A DNA stretch of 64,000 nt. Source: Spirochaetia bacterium. Its GTDB lineage: Bacteria; Spirochaetota; Spirochaetia; WTKD01; G963693115. Shown here piece after piece: positions 9,131-19,994 of the stretch; position 1 is the stretch's first letter, and every line of letters starts with the position of its first letter. Where the stretch lies: contig CBDDCA010000003.1 in the NCBI GenBank assembly GCA_965226055.1, positions 1 through 64,000 of the forward strand, in the 5' to 3' direction. The notes under the pieces were generated by a model. The model saw nothing but the letters and a program-made list of their open reading frames with translations. It did not search any database and was not told the origin of the DNA. The translations under genes and the position numbers were made by a program.

Positions 9131-9880
9131 ATGAAACGATTTATTGCAGGAAACTGGAAAATGAATTTAGAGAAAGCAGATGCTCTTTCTCTTGTGGAAG
9201 CAGTAAAGCACACTATGCCTCATGTAAGTGATGATACTATTGTTTGTATAGCTCCACCTTTTGTATATTTGTCTGATATAGTAAAAGCAGTGGAAGGGAC
9301 ACGCATTATAGTGTCTGCACAAAATGTTTCAAACAAAGAATCTGGTGCTTTTACAGGAGAAATATCTCCTACAATGCTTCGTGATATTGGAGTACAAGCT
9401 ACTATTATTGGGCATTCTGAGCGTAGAACATTATTTCATGAAAATGATACACTTATCAATGAAAAGGTATTGTTGGCATTACAGCATAACTTGAAAGTAA
9501 TATTGTGCATAGGCGAAACACTTGAAGAAAGAGAAAGCAACAAGCTAGAAAGTGTATTGCAAACTCAGTTATCATCAGGCTTACAGGCAGTTAATGCAAC
9601 TCAGCTCTCAAATATAGTGATTGCGTATGAGCCAGTGTGGGCTATTGGTACAGGAAAAACAGCAACTAATGAAGTAGCAAATCAAACGCATAGTATTGTT
9701 CGTACCATACTTGCATCCTTATATGATAGCTCTCTTGCTGCATCTACTCCAATACTCTATGGAGGATCAGTAAATGATACCAATGCTCGTGAATTGCTTG
9801 CTATGAGTCATATTGATGGAGCATTGATTGGCGGAGCTTCACTCAAAAAAGATGCGTTTTGTTCTATAATGAAAGGATAG
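9131..9880 (+). CDS. tpiA: Triosephosphate isomerase
   Basis: AGNWKMN, IGHSERR, AYEPVWAIGTG, LYGGSV. Confidence 0.99.
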   Translation: MKRFIAGNWKMNLEKADALSLVEAVKHTMPHVSDDTIVCIAPPFVYLSDIVKAVEGTRIIVSAQNVSNKESGAFTGEISPTMLRDIGVQATIIGHSERRTLFHENDTLINEKVLLALQHNLKVILCIGETLEERESNKLESVLQTQLSSGLQAVNATQLSNIVIAYEPVWAIGTGKTATNEVANQTHSIVRTILASLYDSSLAASTPILYGGSVNDTNARELLAMSHIDGALIGGASLKKDAFCSIMKG

Positions 9881-9928
9881 TGATATAATTATACAGCGGA
9901 TAATTTAGAAGAAATAGGAAGTGAAAAT

Positions 9929-10414
9929 ATGGCGTTTTTAATTGGTTTTTTAATTGTTATACTGATATTAGTATCAATATTGTTGATACTAATTGTGTTA
10001 GCTCAAGATGATGGAGCAGAAGGTGCAGGGATGCTATTGGGAAGCAGTGCTAGTCAACAGTATGGTGCAAGAAAAGGAAATATTGTTACAAGAACAACAG
10101 GAATTTTAGCTACGTTGTTTATAAGTGTTTCATTAGTATTAGTGTTTTTGTTTAGAGAAAGCGATACAAGTTTACAAGCTATAGAAAGTGAAGTAGAGGG
10201 GGACTCCGAAAATCAACTTGTAGAATGGTGGGCACAAGATGAAGCCACTGATACTACTACCGATGCAGACGGAGAGGAAAGTGAAGCAGTGATAACAAAT
10301 GATGTAAGTGATGATACAGAGGTAAGTGTAGAGACTACCGATACAGACAAGGAATCAGGAGCAGACGATACATCTACAGATAATACAGATACTACTTCTT
10401 CTATAGAAAATTAA
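9929..10414 (+). CDS. secG: Preprotein translocase subunit SecG with an acidic C-terminal extension
   Basis: Two TM helices with a Gly-rich linker (LAQDDGAEGAG...TRTTGILATLF); position after tpiA. Confidence 0.85.
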   Translation: MAFLIGFLIVILILVSILLILIVLAQDDGAEGAGMLLGSSASQQYGARKGNIVTRTTGILATLFISVSLVLVFLFRESDTSLQAIESEVEGDSENQLVEWWAQDEATDTTTDADGEESEAVITNDVSDDTEVSVETTDTDKESGADDTSTDNTDTTSSIEN

Positions 10415-10489
10415 TTTTGAAAGATACAGATAGATGATACCTCGTTAAAAAATGTATAGAGAGTATTAGTAGTATACTTTTTATGATAT

Positions 10490-11251
10490 ATGGACTATTT
10501 CATTGACTATTATGCTATTTTAAATATTGATTCATCTGCAACTATAAGTGAGATTAAAGCATCGTTTAGAAATAAACTAAAACTTCTTCACCCTGATTTG
10601 CAGAGTGATATTCAAAGCTCGTTTATTAAAGATGCTGTTGCTCACTCGCAGAACAATGAACTGTTACAGTTAATTCAAGCATATACCGTATTATCAAGCC
10701 CCATAAAACGTAAGCGATATGATAAGCATGTGCTTAAAGCCCCATCATATATTCAAAGAAAAAAAAGAGAATTTAATTATGAAGAATTTTTGAATGAAAG
10801 ACAGCATATTTTTTCTTATCGTGTAAAATTGTTTATGTATGATTTAGTATATAAGTCAGGAAAAAGAGCTATAATGATCTATGAAAATATTCTTTTTGAG
10901 AAAAAGAAACTGCTCTTAAAATCAGAGTTAGGTCGTTTTGATTACATTGATTGTCTTGCTCTTATGGCTGAGTACTATCAAGAGAGAGCTGCATATGGAG
11001 ATATTGATAAGTGTATTGTATTATATAGAGAAATATTTCAATTAGAACAGAGAATATATTACTTTAAGGATTATATGAATGTATTGATAGAGCAGATGCA
11101 AAGTTTATTAGAAAAACATATGTTACTGTATTCAAAAGAAAGCATACAACAAAAAGACGCATTACACGATTTGTTTGTCTATGTGCTTAATTGGGAAATT
11201 ACTCCCTCTGCAGTAAAAAAAATGAAAGAGTTACAAACTTTTTATCAGTAA
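10490..11251 (+). CDS. J-domain protein
   Basis: DYYAILNI...IKASFR...HPD...AYTVLSSPIKRKRYD. Confidence 0.85.
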   Translation: MDYFIDYYAILNIDSSATISEIKASFRNKLKLLHPDLQSDIQSSFIKDAVAHSQNNELLQLIQAYTVLSSPIKRKRYDKHVLKAPSYIQRKKREFNYEEFLNERQHIFSYRVKLFMYDLVYKSGKRAIMIYENILFEKKKLLLKSELGRFDYIDCLALMAEYYQERAAYGDIDKCIVLYREIFQLEQRIYYFKDYMNVLIEQMQSLLEKHMLLYSKESIQQKDALHDLFVYVLNWEITPSAVKKMKELQTFYQ

Positions 11252-11380
11252 GAAATGTATATATTGTTGTTTTTTCTCTATAGTGTCTATAGTATCATGG
11301 ATTTTGGGGGTTCACACAAGATGATAAAAGTACATAAAATTGTATATTATAGCTTGTATTTATATGTATATTAGTATATA

Positions 11381-12469
11381 GTGATAAATATGGAACGATT
11401 ATTATCTTTTAGAGTAAGATCTGCAGGTGCTGTAAAATATATTTTCCTATGCGTGTTATTGATAAGTAATGCTATAGGGCTATGGTCTCAGATATTGGAT
11501 AAAAGCATTGCTGTTGTGTCTCTTTATAAAACAGAAAATGTATCATTAAAGACGGTAGATATGCAGTATGATTTATTACAAAGACAAGCAGAAAATCTTA
11601 CAGGAGTTGCTGAAACATCTATTACAAAGAAAGAAGTGTTAGAAGCAGCTATCAATGATATACTTATTACACAAGAAGCAAATAAAAGCGGGGTAATTGT
11701 AACTGCTAAGCAGATAGACGATATTATACAATTTCAAAAGGAGGCGTATGGCACTCCTATTTCTGATGAAGATTTTCAATCATTAATGGTCAAACAAACA
11801 GGGTTGCAATGGGCAGATTATAGAGAACAAATTCGTAAGCGTATTTTACAAGAACAGTATATTGCTACAAAATATCAAAAAGATTTACAAGTAGTACGAG
11901 AACCTACAGAAGCAGAGATACAAAAGCTCTATGATGAATATGCTACACGATTTATCAACCCTTCTATGTTACGATCTGAACACTTATTTTGGGATTTTCG
12001 TGGATTAAATGCTGCAGAAAGAAAAACATTAAAACAAGAAGCACAAAAGATGGCACAGACTATCAATAATGATGTGGATGTATTTGATACAGAGTTAAAA
12101 AAATCACTTGAAAACCCCGCTATTGAAGGAGGAGATCTGGGGTATATTATACGAGATGAGCAGACAAAAGAGATTCTTGGAGCTAGCTTTTTGGATATAG
12201 TTTTTGCACTCAAAGATAATCAAGTGAGTGATTTGGTTACCTCAAACAGTGGGTATCATATTGTAAAAATTACTGATAAGCGTCCTGCAAAATTATTAGG
12301 TTTAGAAGATCCTATTTTACCTGGAGAAAAAGTCACTGTAAAGCAAAGAATTATTACAACATTACAAACTCAGTACCGTCAAGAAAAATTTGCAGATCTC
12401 ATACAAAAAGAGGTAGAAGAATTACGTAAGAAAGCATCTGTGCGTATTCTTGATGATCAGTTTAAGTAA
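11381..12469 (+). CDS. SurA/PrsA-like parvulin peptidyl-prolyl isomerase
   Basis: Signal peptide, SurA N-domain-like region, GGDLGYI and VSDLVTSNSGYHIVKI rotamase motifs. Confidence 0.85.
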   Translation: MINMERLLSFRVRSAGAVKYIFLCVLLISNAIGLWSQILDKSIAVVSLYKTENVSLKTVDMQYDLLQRQAENLTGVAETSITKKEVLEAAINDILITQEANKSGVIVTAKQIDDIIQFQKEAYGTPISDEDFQSLMVKQTGLQWADYREQIRKRILQEQYIATKYQKDLQVVREPTEAEIQKLYDEYATRFINPSMLRSEHLFWDFRGLNAAERKTLKQEAQKMAQTINNDVDVFDTELKKSLENPAIEGGDLGYIIRDEQTKEILGASFLDIVFALKDNQVSDLVTSNSGYHIVKITDKRPAKLLGLEDPILPGEKVTVKQRIITTLQTQYRQEKFADLIQKEVEELRKKASVRILDDQFK

Positions 12470-12474
12470 AAGCA

Positions 12475-12945
12475 TTGGGTGTTCATAAACAACGAGTTCT
12501 GTCGTTTCAGGCAATGTATATGTATGAATGTAGTGCTCTAAAAGATACAGAAAAAAAGAAGCAGTATGTTCTTAATTCTTTTTTATCAGAAACATATACA
12601 TCCTCTGTACAAACATTTGCTGTAGATATATTTTGTTCTGCTGTTGCTCATATTTCAATAATTGATTCTATTATTCAAAGAACTATCAAACAATATTTTA
12701 CCGATAGCATTAGTTTCAAAGTACTATCAATAACAGTGGTATCAATACTCCGTGTTGCAATAGCAGAATTGCTTTTCTTTTCTCAACTGCATGCTGATAA
12801 GAACATTGTATCTGCTATTGAAAAAAAATCTTTGGTTATTGATGAAGCTATTATTCTCAGTAAGATATATGCCGAAGATAATGCATATAAGCTCGTACAT
12901 GCCTTACTTGATAAGACAGTGATACATGAGCTTAGTCGTACCTGA
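12475..12945 (+). CDS. nusB: Transcription antitermination factor NusB (divergent)
   Basis: QAMY, ILRVAIAEL, VIDEAIILSKIY...LVHALLD; TTG start. Confidence 0.85.
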   Translation: MGVHKQRVLSFQAMYMYECSALKDTEKKKQYVLNSFLSETYTSSVQTFAVDIFCSAVAHISIIDSIIQRTIKQYFTDSISFKVLSITVVSILRVAIAELLFFSQLHADKNIVSAIEKKSLVIDEAIILSKIYAEDNAYKLVHALLDKTVIHELSRT

Positions 12946-12987
12946 TGAGATGAGAGATAGGTAATCATACGATATGTATTTAGTATA

Positions 12988-14766
12988 ATGGAAAAAATCA
13001 ATAATACAGACAGATCAAATATCGCTACTAAGAGAATGTCTTTAAGAAAGCTCTTTTTTTTACTGATTATTCTTTGTGTTGTTATAGTGATAGGTATGTT
13101 TCTTATGCTGTTATATTTTCGTAGTGACAGGCATTTCATTGGACAAATACAAAAGAAAGCAAGTACTCCAAAAGACTTATATGATAATCATAGTGAGCTT
13201 CTTTCGCGTGCAAATTCTGCACCGCAATATCTTATGCTACTAAAAAGGTTAGATGCCTATGATATGAATGCTGTGTTTCAAAAAGCATTAGAAACAGCAT
13301 TACAAGAGTATACTACGATAGAGCTACAGGCATTAGCATTGAATCAACAGATCTATACTAATAATTTTTCTCTTTTTTCTTCATTTACCTTTAATGTAGC
13401 TGAAATATATCAGCAGTATCCTGCGTTAGTGCGGTATTATCTGTATGTACGATATAAAAAAGCGTATGTACTTACACATGCTGATGAAGATGATCCATTT
13501 TTCTTTCTTAGTCATATTGCTATAGGGGATTCTAATGTCAACTTATTAGAGAAAAATCATTTTATACATTATGATGAGCTGTTACAATTTCTGTACTTTT
13601 CTCAAGAATATACACGAACTATATATGATTATTATCTGCTCTATAATCTTACAAAAAGAGATATATTTCAATTTATTTTATATCTGTATTACAGTATAAA
13701 AAATGATAGCACTATGTCATCAGTTCTTTTAGCGAACATTGATGATACATGGAAAATGGAACATAAGGATCTGATAGAAAAAAGTACATTGTTACTTTCG
13801 TATCCCATGAATAGAAATATATCGTCTTTGACTGGTATATCGCATGATTCTTTTTATGCTATTGCTTTGGATTTATATGCTAAAGACATAAATTCTGCGT
13901 TACTGTACTTACAAAGATTGGTAGATACATACAGTATACACGAGTTAGATGATGCTGCTTTAGAGCTTTATTTTTGGTTAAGCAGAAATTTTTCAAAGGA
14001 ATATGATATAAAAAAACTTGGTGATTATTTTTTACAAATAAAACATAGGATATATAACTCTGTCCCTTTGACTTTACAGTATATGTTATATTTATATACT
14101 GTAGATCCAGAGAAAGGGATGCAAGTATTAAACACATTTCATTTTAGTGCAAGCGTTTTAGAGTCTCCGTATATACAATACTTAAAAATTCTTTTGGAAG
14201 GATATGATATACCGTATCAGGATGTATTTCTTCAACAAAAATTGGAAAGTTTTTTTTCTATAGATGATCGATATTTATTTTATGATCTTTTGCTATTAAG
14301 AGCAGGAAAGATAGTACAGTACTATGATTCAAGTGCCGTTTCGGTATTCTTTTCTCAGTATATTGAGTTTGAAAATATATTGTTTCCATATAAAATGTAT
14401 TATCTTTTGCAAAGAGCTTCTCTTAAGGATCTTGCACAGGATGAAAAAGAAAATATGATAATGCTATTTCATTTGGAAGATACATCGTGGTGGAATGCAT
14501 TTAATGTAGCAATATGGAATACTGAGAATAAGAATTTTTCGACAGCGTTACAATATTTACAAATTTCTCAAGATACTGTTCCTTATCTTACTAATTATTT
14601 GCAAATTCAATATCTTATACAGTATATTCGTATAGCTATTTTTCAAAAAAACTATGATTTAGCAGAGGTATATATTGATTCTTTACAAAAGTTGCAGGCA
14701 ACTAATAGTTATATACAGTTGTTACAAAATATGCTTGAACAATCTAAAAATACTCCAGACGAATGA
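12988..14766 (+). CDS. Membrane-anchored helical (TPR-like) hypothetical protein
   Basis: 592-aa ORF, N-terminal TM helix, TPR-like C-terminus; follows nusB. Confidence 0.6.
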   Translation: MEKINNTDRSNIATKRMSLRKLFFLLIILCVVIVIGMFLMLLYFRSDRHFIGQIQKKASTPKDLYDNHSELLSRANSAPQYLMLLKRLDAYDMNAVFQKALETALQEYTTIELQALALNQQIYTNNFSLFSSFTFNVAEIYQQYPALVRYYLYVRYKKAYVLTHADEDDPFFFLSHIAIGDSNVNLLEKNHFIHYDELLQFLYFSQEYTRTIYDYYLLYNLTKRDIFQFILYLYYSIKNDSTMSSVLLANIDDTWKMEHKDLIEKSTLLLSYPMNRNISSLTGISHDSFYAIALDLYAKDINSALLYLQRLVDTYSIHELDDAALELYFWLSRNFSKEYDIKKLGDYFLQIKHRIYNSVPLTLQYMLYLYTVDPEKGMQVLNTFHFSASVLESPYIQYLKILLEGYDIPYQDVFLQQKLESFFSIDDRYLFYDLLLLRAGKIVQYYDSSAVSVFFSQYIEFENILFPYKMYYLLQRASLKDLAQDEKENMIMLFHLEDTSWWNAFNVAIWNTENKNFSTALQYLQISQDTVPYLTNYLQIQYLIQYIRIAIFQKNYDLAEVYIDSLQKLQATNSYIQLLQNMLEQSKNTPDE

Positions 14767-14815
14767 AATATTATAGTACACTCAAAATATATTTTTTTCA
14801 AGTCTCATTAAAGAA

Positions 14816-15277
14816 TTAAGAAACATAACCTAATCTAATAGCCATTGCTATTTCGGATACTTGAAATAATCTTGCTAACTCTGATATATCAAAATTATAT
14901 TTTCTTGCTTCTGTCATAAGAATTGGCATGGGCATAATTATATCAGCAGCCAGTTCATTTGCTTCCTTTTCTTGCTCATTAGATAATTCACTTCTGTATA
15001 ATTCATCCTCAATTAATCCATCTCCTATTTGTTCTTTATGTAATATAAAATGTGCTATTTCATGTGCAACTGTAAATCTTTGTCTTACTTTTTCCTTCTC
15101 TAAATTTACTACTATTCTGTATTTACCGTTTTTTATGTATATTTTACCTGATATATTTTTACCAAACTCTCTACTACCGTATATGTCTAAACCCAAGTAC
15201 ACTGCTATTTTTGATAATTTTATTGGTGGCTTTTTATGGTTTTCTCTTAAATATGTTAAAAATTGTGTATATTCCAT
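14816..15277 (-). CDS. ImmA/IrrE family metallopeptidase (DUF955)
   Basis: RQRFTVAHEIAH (HEXXH), EKEANELAADIIMP, LARLFQVSEIAMAIRL. Confidence 0.9.
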   Translation of the reverse strand: MEYTQFLTYLRENHKKPPIKLSKIAVYLGLDIYGSREFGKNISGKIYIKNGKYRIVVNLEKEKVRQRFTVAHEIAHFILHKEQIGDGLIEDELYRSELSNEQEKEANELAADIIMPMPILMTEARKYNFDISELARLFQVSEIAMAIRLGYVS

Positions 15278-15709
15278 TTATTTATCTATATCTATTTTTT
15301 TCTCTTTTTTTATATTGTCATCTAAGTAAATAACCTTTTTTATATGAGAAATTTCATATTCTAACTTTCTTATCATTTCAATTTTACTAACATTTAATTC
15401 TCTATATATCTCTTCCGTTCTTAATGTAGCTGTGTTTTCTGCTGCAGTTTTTGCTGTACTCTTAAGTTCTTTCCATCCAAAAAATCCTAATATACTGGCT
15501 ACAACAGCAGAAAATGTAATAAATACACCAAATATCATTAAATGTAATGATATTTGGTCTATCTTTTCATAATAGCATATATCTTTTTTGTTTATTATGA
15601 TGTTATTGAACATAAAGCTCCAAATAATTAGGCAACCGATAACTATTGATATAATAATAAGCAAAATATTCATTATAGAATGTGTTTTTTCATCGTTAAA
15701 ATTATCCAT
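15278..15709 (-). CDS. Small two-TM membrane protein coupled to the IrrE-like gene
   Basis: Two hydrophobic helices; stop codon abuts the ATG of the IrrE-like gene. Confidence 0.65.
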   Translation of the reverse strand: MDNFNDEKTHSIMNILLIIISIVIGCLIIWSFMFNNIIINKKDICYYEKIDQISLHLMIFGVFITFSAVVASILGFFGWKELKSTAKTAAENTATLRTEEIYRELNVSKIEMIRKLEYEISHIKKVIYLDDNIKKEKKIDIDK

Positions 15710-15819
15710 GCCTGCCCCTTATTTTACTGTTGAAAAATAATCATTTATAATACTATCATTATTATTACTTGATTGTCTTTTTAGTGTATTATTGTATGCA
15801 GTTCCCCATGTGAGTATTG

Positions 15820-15848
15820 TTGACAAGTACATTATGTAATGCTACTCT
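15820..15848 (+). promoter_or_regulatory. Putative sigma70 promoter
   Basis: TTGACA, 17 bp, TACTCT upstream of ATG 15863. Confidence 0.5.
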
Positions 15849-15862
15849 TAATATAAGAGTAT

Positions 15863-16513
15863 ATGTTACACTATTTGAAAAAAAGTATCGTCTTATTTAC
15901 TATCATATATATGATAGGTATCTCTTTTTCTTTCGCACAAGAAGAAACTCCAGAAGAGCCTGATCAGGAACTGCCAGGTATTATTACTGGTGAGAGATAT
16001 ATTCCAAAATATGAAGCAGGACAGGGAAGTATCAGTCTTGGGCTTAATGTGTTGGTACCATTGTTTTTTCAAAAATTTACTGGTGAATATATTACTGATA
16101 CTCGTTTAACGGTAGGAGGGTCAGCGTGGCTTGAGTGGGATATTTATTTGTGGCAGGCTTTGTCTGTAGGGATGGAGATTGATGGAGCATTTGCTTTATC
16201 GCCTAATAATAGATTTTTACTTATTGCTCCTATCACCGCTCATGTAAAGTATGTGTTTCAAGCATATCCTATAGAGTTTCCTCTGTCATTGGGGATAGGG
16301 TTTAGTTTAGTGTCGTACGATAGTATTTTTAAGTCAGGCTTTGTACTAAAACCAAAATTTGGTACAGGGTATCGAATCAATCAAAACTGGATAGTGTCTA
16401 TTTTTGGTTCTTATTTATTTGATGTGCAAAGTTATCAGTTTACATTAGGAAATGAATATTCTCGTATGGGAAACTTTTTTGAAGCTGGTGTTGGGTTTAC
16501 GTATGTTTTTTAG
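15863..16513 (+). CDS. Small outer-membrane beta-barrel protein (spirochaete TP0733-like)
   Basis: Signal peptide, amphipathic beta-strands, C-terminal GVGFTYVF signature. Confidence 0.75.
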   Translation: MLHYLKKSIVLFTIIYMIGISFSFAQEETPEEPDQELPGIITGERYIPKYEAGQGSISLGLNVLVPLFFQKFTGEYITDTRLTVGGSAWLEWDIYLWQALSVGMEIDGAFALSPNNRFLLIAPITAHVKYVFQAYPIEFPLSLGIGFSLVSYDSIFKSGFVLKPKFGTGYRINQNWIVSIFGSYLFDVQSYQFTLGNEYSRMGNFFEAGVGFTYVF

Positions 16514-16514
16514 T

Positions 16515-17663
16515 ATGTTTCAAAAAAATAGAATTGTACTTTTTCTCTGTATCATCTGTATAAGTATGGTGGTATCTCTATTGTTTATGGCATGTTCAGA
16601 CTCAAAAGCTATTTATGCAGAGATAGAAAAAGAAGAGTTGATAAAAACTTCAAACCTTTCAAATGTTATCACTCCATCTGGTATGATACGTTTTGGTGAT
16701 AAGTATTATGTAGCAAGTGGCGGTGCTTTGCATGAACGGTTGGTAGACGGTGAAGATTGGAGTCGAGCAGATCTTACTTCTGTTTTTGATGGTATTTCAC
16801 AAATTGTTTCTGTAGATGATTCTACTGCGTATGCTATACTTGTACGAGATTTTCATAAAGAGATATCGCAAACAGCGTTGGTAAAACTTACTGCAGATGG
16901 CTCTAGTATTGATTTTGAAGTAAAAAAGACTCTCTCTTTTGGAACAGAACAGCTTGCTAAGATATTTGTGGTGAGAGGAAAAGATAATGTATACGCAGCA
17001 GTATTAAAAGCTCCCTATACTGGTGTATCACGCTATGATTATTATGAGAACTATCAGTCTGATACTCCTACTACATTAGCTACAGATCGAAATGATATTA
17101 TGACTGCAGTGGTGAGCTTTAAGGGGACTGTATATGTTTCTACACAATCTCAAATTCTTAAACTTGCTTCGGGAACGCTTAAGGTTGATGAAAAAGTGGA
17201 GGTAGGTGATGGTGATGACAAAGAAAAGATAACAGGATATATTGGTAGTATTTATAGTAATGGAACACTGTTATATATAGCAAATCATGAGTATCTTTGG
17301 AGTTCTTTAGATGGAATAACATGGAAACGTTCTTTTTATCGACAGAGAATGTTTACTCAGTTTTTAGAAATTGCATCATCAAACTTTAATGGGCTTCTTG
17401 TTGGTACAAAATATTTGCCGAGCGGTATTTCGGTTATTGATAGTGCAAGAGATGAAGGATATTATGAACTTGACAAAGGAGACATTTCCTTGTTACGTAA
17501 GCCGAGTGGTAATAAATATACCTCAGGAGTGCTTGATGAGTCGGGAGTGATAGGGTTTTTTCTTGATAAGAAAACAAATAATTTTTTTGTGTTTACTTCT
17601 TCTCAAGGGTTGTGGCGAGGGAGCTATGAGAGTTCTGCAAGCATAGATTGGTTTCAAGAGTAA
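16515..17663 (+). CDS. Putative lipoprotein, beta-propeller-like
   Basis: Lipobox LLFMAC after a hydrophobic leader; beta-rich; start moved to ATG 16515 to avoid overlap. Confidence 0.6.
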   Translation: MFQKNRIVLFLCIICISMVVSLLFMACSDSKAIYAEIEKEELIKTSNLSNVITPSGMIRFGDKYYVASGGALHERLVDGEDWSRADLTSVFDGISQIVSVDDSTAYAILVRDFHKEISQTALVKLTADGSSIDFEVKKTLSFGTEQLAKIFVVRGKDNVYAAVLKAPYTGVSRYDYYENYQSDTPTTLATDRNDIMTAVVSFKGTVYVSTQSQILKLASGTLKVDEKVEVGDGDDKEKITGYIGSIYSNGTLLYIANHEYLWSSLDGITWKRSFYRQRMFTQFLEIASSNFNGLLVGTKYLPSGISVIDSARDEGYYELDKGDISLLRKPSGNKYTSGVLDESGVIGFFLDKKTNNFFVFTSSQGLWRGSYESSASIDWFQE

Positions 17664-17666
17664 TTT

Positions 17667-19091
17667 TTATGTGGGATTAATAATAGGATATTGTTCTATA
17701 GTATTATTTTCAAGAATAGGAGGCAGAAACAAAATATGTTCTATGTTGCTTCCATTTCTTAGTATTTTTAAGTGTATCTCATGCCCTTGTAGCAGAGCAT
17801 TGTTTATGATACGAAAGTAGTTATAATAGCTTTGTATGTTCTGATTGTTTATGTCTAAGATAATGTCTTGATATTCTAAGCCTGCTTCTTCTGCTGCAGT
17901 GAACTCATATACATCGTCTACAAATAGTGCAAACTCAGTACTCTCTAGTCCGTATGTTTGCTTTTCATTCTGGGGAAGTACGGTAGTGATATATCCAGGC
18001 CATAACGAGGCTTGTATATCCTTGAATGTTTTTTGTTGTGGACGCAGTGCTGTGGTAGTGGTTACTTGCATAGTTTTGTTGTCTCTCATGAGAGTAATGT
18101 GTACAGGGGCATTGATATGTTTGTTTGCAATAATAGAGAAAATGGAGCTGTAATTATCACTCAATACGGTGTTTAGTGGCTGATTATCAATAGCAATGAT
18201 GACATCACCAATTTGTAGTGTATCAAGTATGTATGTGTTATGTGAAAATATATTACTGATAATGACAGCATTTCTGTTGTTAATAGTAAGTGTATGAAGC
18301 ATGGGAATATCTGCAATCTGTACTGTAATACCAAGCCAAGAATGTTCAATAGTTTTTTTTGCAATGAGTTGTGAGATAATATGAGAGATACTAAATACAT
18401 CAATAGCAAAATTTAATCCTAGTTCTTGTTCATCAAAAATAGAAAACACCCAAGTGCTAATACCAATAACTTCTCCGTTTCTGTTTACTATTGGGCCTCC
18501 GCTATTACCTGGGTTAAGTGTTGCATCAGTTTGAATAAAGAGGCCTTGAATAGTGTCACTGCTTCTATCAAGGCCAGAGATAATGCCTTCTGTTACAGTA
18601 AAAGGAAAGCCGTAGGGATGTCCTATTGCATATACTGTTTCTCCTATTGTTATATCTCTGTTTTTTTGTAATGAAGCAATGGGGTATTCTTGATCGCTTT
18701 CAAAGGATATGATGGCAAGATCATTGTCTTTGTCTGCACTGTAAAGTGTTCCTTGTATAAATGTTCCGTCATAGAAGGTAATCCATAAGTCATCTGCATC
18801 TTTAACAACATGATAATTACTGAGAATATAATAGGTATTTTGTTCTTTTTTGATAATAATGCCAGTACCAAAAATAGTTGATATATTGTTTTGTTTTGTA
18901 AATTTTTTGCTACTGAACGAAAAAAAAGAACCGTAGTCATCTGTGCTTTTGTAGGGGTTTTCAAGTTCAATACGAGTTTGTTCAATAGTTACCACAGAAG
19001 ATAAAAGAGCGGTATCAAACTGTGCATGTATGACAGCAATAGAAAAAAAAGAATATACTAAAGATAAGAAAAATATATATGCTTTAATCAT
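17667..19091 (-). CDS. htrA: HtrA/DegP family serine protease with PDZ domains
   Basis: LSNYHVV, DLAII, FIQTDATLNPGNSGGP, two PDZ-like regions. Confidence 0.93.
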   Translation of the reverse strand: MIKAYIFFLSLVYSFFSIAVIHAQFDTALLSSVVTIEQTRIELENPYKSTDDYGSFFSFSSKKFTKQNNISTIFGTGIIIKKEQNTYYILSNYHVVKDADDLWITFYDGTFIQGTLYSADKDNDLAIISFESDQEYPIASLQKNRDITIGETVYAIGHPYGFPFTVTEGIISGLDRSSDTIQGLFIQTDATLNPGNSGGPIVNRNGEVIGISTWVFSIFDEQELGLNFAIDVFSISHIISQLIAKKTIEHSWLGITVQIADIPMLHTLTINNRNAVIISNIFSHNTYILDTLQIGDVIIAIDNQPLNTVLSDNYSSIFSIIANKHINAPVHITLMRDNKTMQVTTTTALRPQQKTFKDIQASLWPGYITTVLPQNEKQTYGLESTEFALFVDDVYEFTAAEEAGLEYQDIILDINNQNIQSYYNYFRIINNALLQGHEIHLKILRNGSNIEHILFLPPILENNTIEQYPIINPT

Positions 19092-19099
19092 AGTGTTTA

Positions 19100-19852
19100 T
19101 TACGTGAGAATTTCTGCATTATGTGAATCAATTAAAACGGTGTGTTCAAAGTGTGCTGCAAGGGTATTATCTTTGCTTACTACCGTAAATGCATCGTCAG
19201 CGAGCTTTATTTCTCCACTTCCTAGTGTAAACATTGGTTCTATTGCAATGACCATGTTCTTTTTTAATTTCTTATGGTATGCAGAATGAACATAATTAGG
19301 AATTTCTGGAGATTCATGGAGGTTAACGCCAACTCCGTGTCCGCAATATTCTTTTACAATGCCTAAAGAGGCTTTATTTGCATAGCTTTCTATGGTTTTA
19401 GATATATCAAGCACAGAAGAGTTACGAGAAATTGCTTGTATTCCTTTTTGTAATGATTCTTTTGTTGTGTGTAGAAATTGTTGTATTTTTTTATCTTGCC
19501 CAAAATAAAAAGAAAATGCACTGTCTGCGTAGTATCCTTGATATTTTACTCCAATGTCAATACTGATAATATCATTTTTGTGTATGAACTTATCTTTTTT
19601 AGGTATCCCATGAATAATTTCTTCGTTTATTGATATACAGGCTACTGCAGGAAACCCTTGATGTCCTAAAAAAGCAGGCTCACCGCCTTCTTTGGTTATG
19701 GTTTCATGGATAAACTTATCAATATCATGGGTACTTGTAGAGCCATCTAAATGCTGGAGTAAAAACTCATTGAGTACTGAGAAACAATGTTTTATGATAT
19801 TACCTGCTACACGAATATTTTGAATTTGCTCTTGAGTTTTTATTATAATCAT
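19100..19852 (-). CDS. map: Methionine aminopeptidase type I
   Basis: CISINEEIIHGIP, DIGV...DSA, YCGHGVG..LHE, AIEPM, AHFEHT. Confidence 0.98.
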   Translation of the reverse strand: MIIIKTQEQIQNIRVAGNIIKHCFSVLNEFLLQHLDGSTSTHDIDKFIHETITKEGGEPAFLGHQGFPAVACISINEEIIHGIPKKDKFIHKNDIISIDIGVKYQGYYADSAFSFYFGQDKKIQQFLHTTKESLQKGIQAISRNSSVLDISKTIESYANKASLGIVKEYCGHGVGVNLHESPEIPNYVHSAYHKKLKKNMVIAIEPMFTLGSGEIKLADDAFTVVSKDNTLAAHFEHTVLIDSHNAEILT

Positions 19853-19994
19853 TGATATTTGTATTATATCATACTCCTATATTTTTCTGGTGAGCATGTA
19901 GTGTTTTGTAATACTTACATGATATAACAGCATGCTTCTGCTTTTTGCTAGAATGTACAGTTATGTATATAATAAAAATGAGGAAGAGAAGAAT

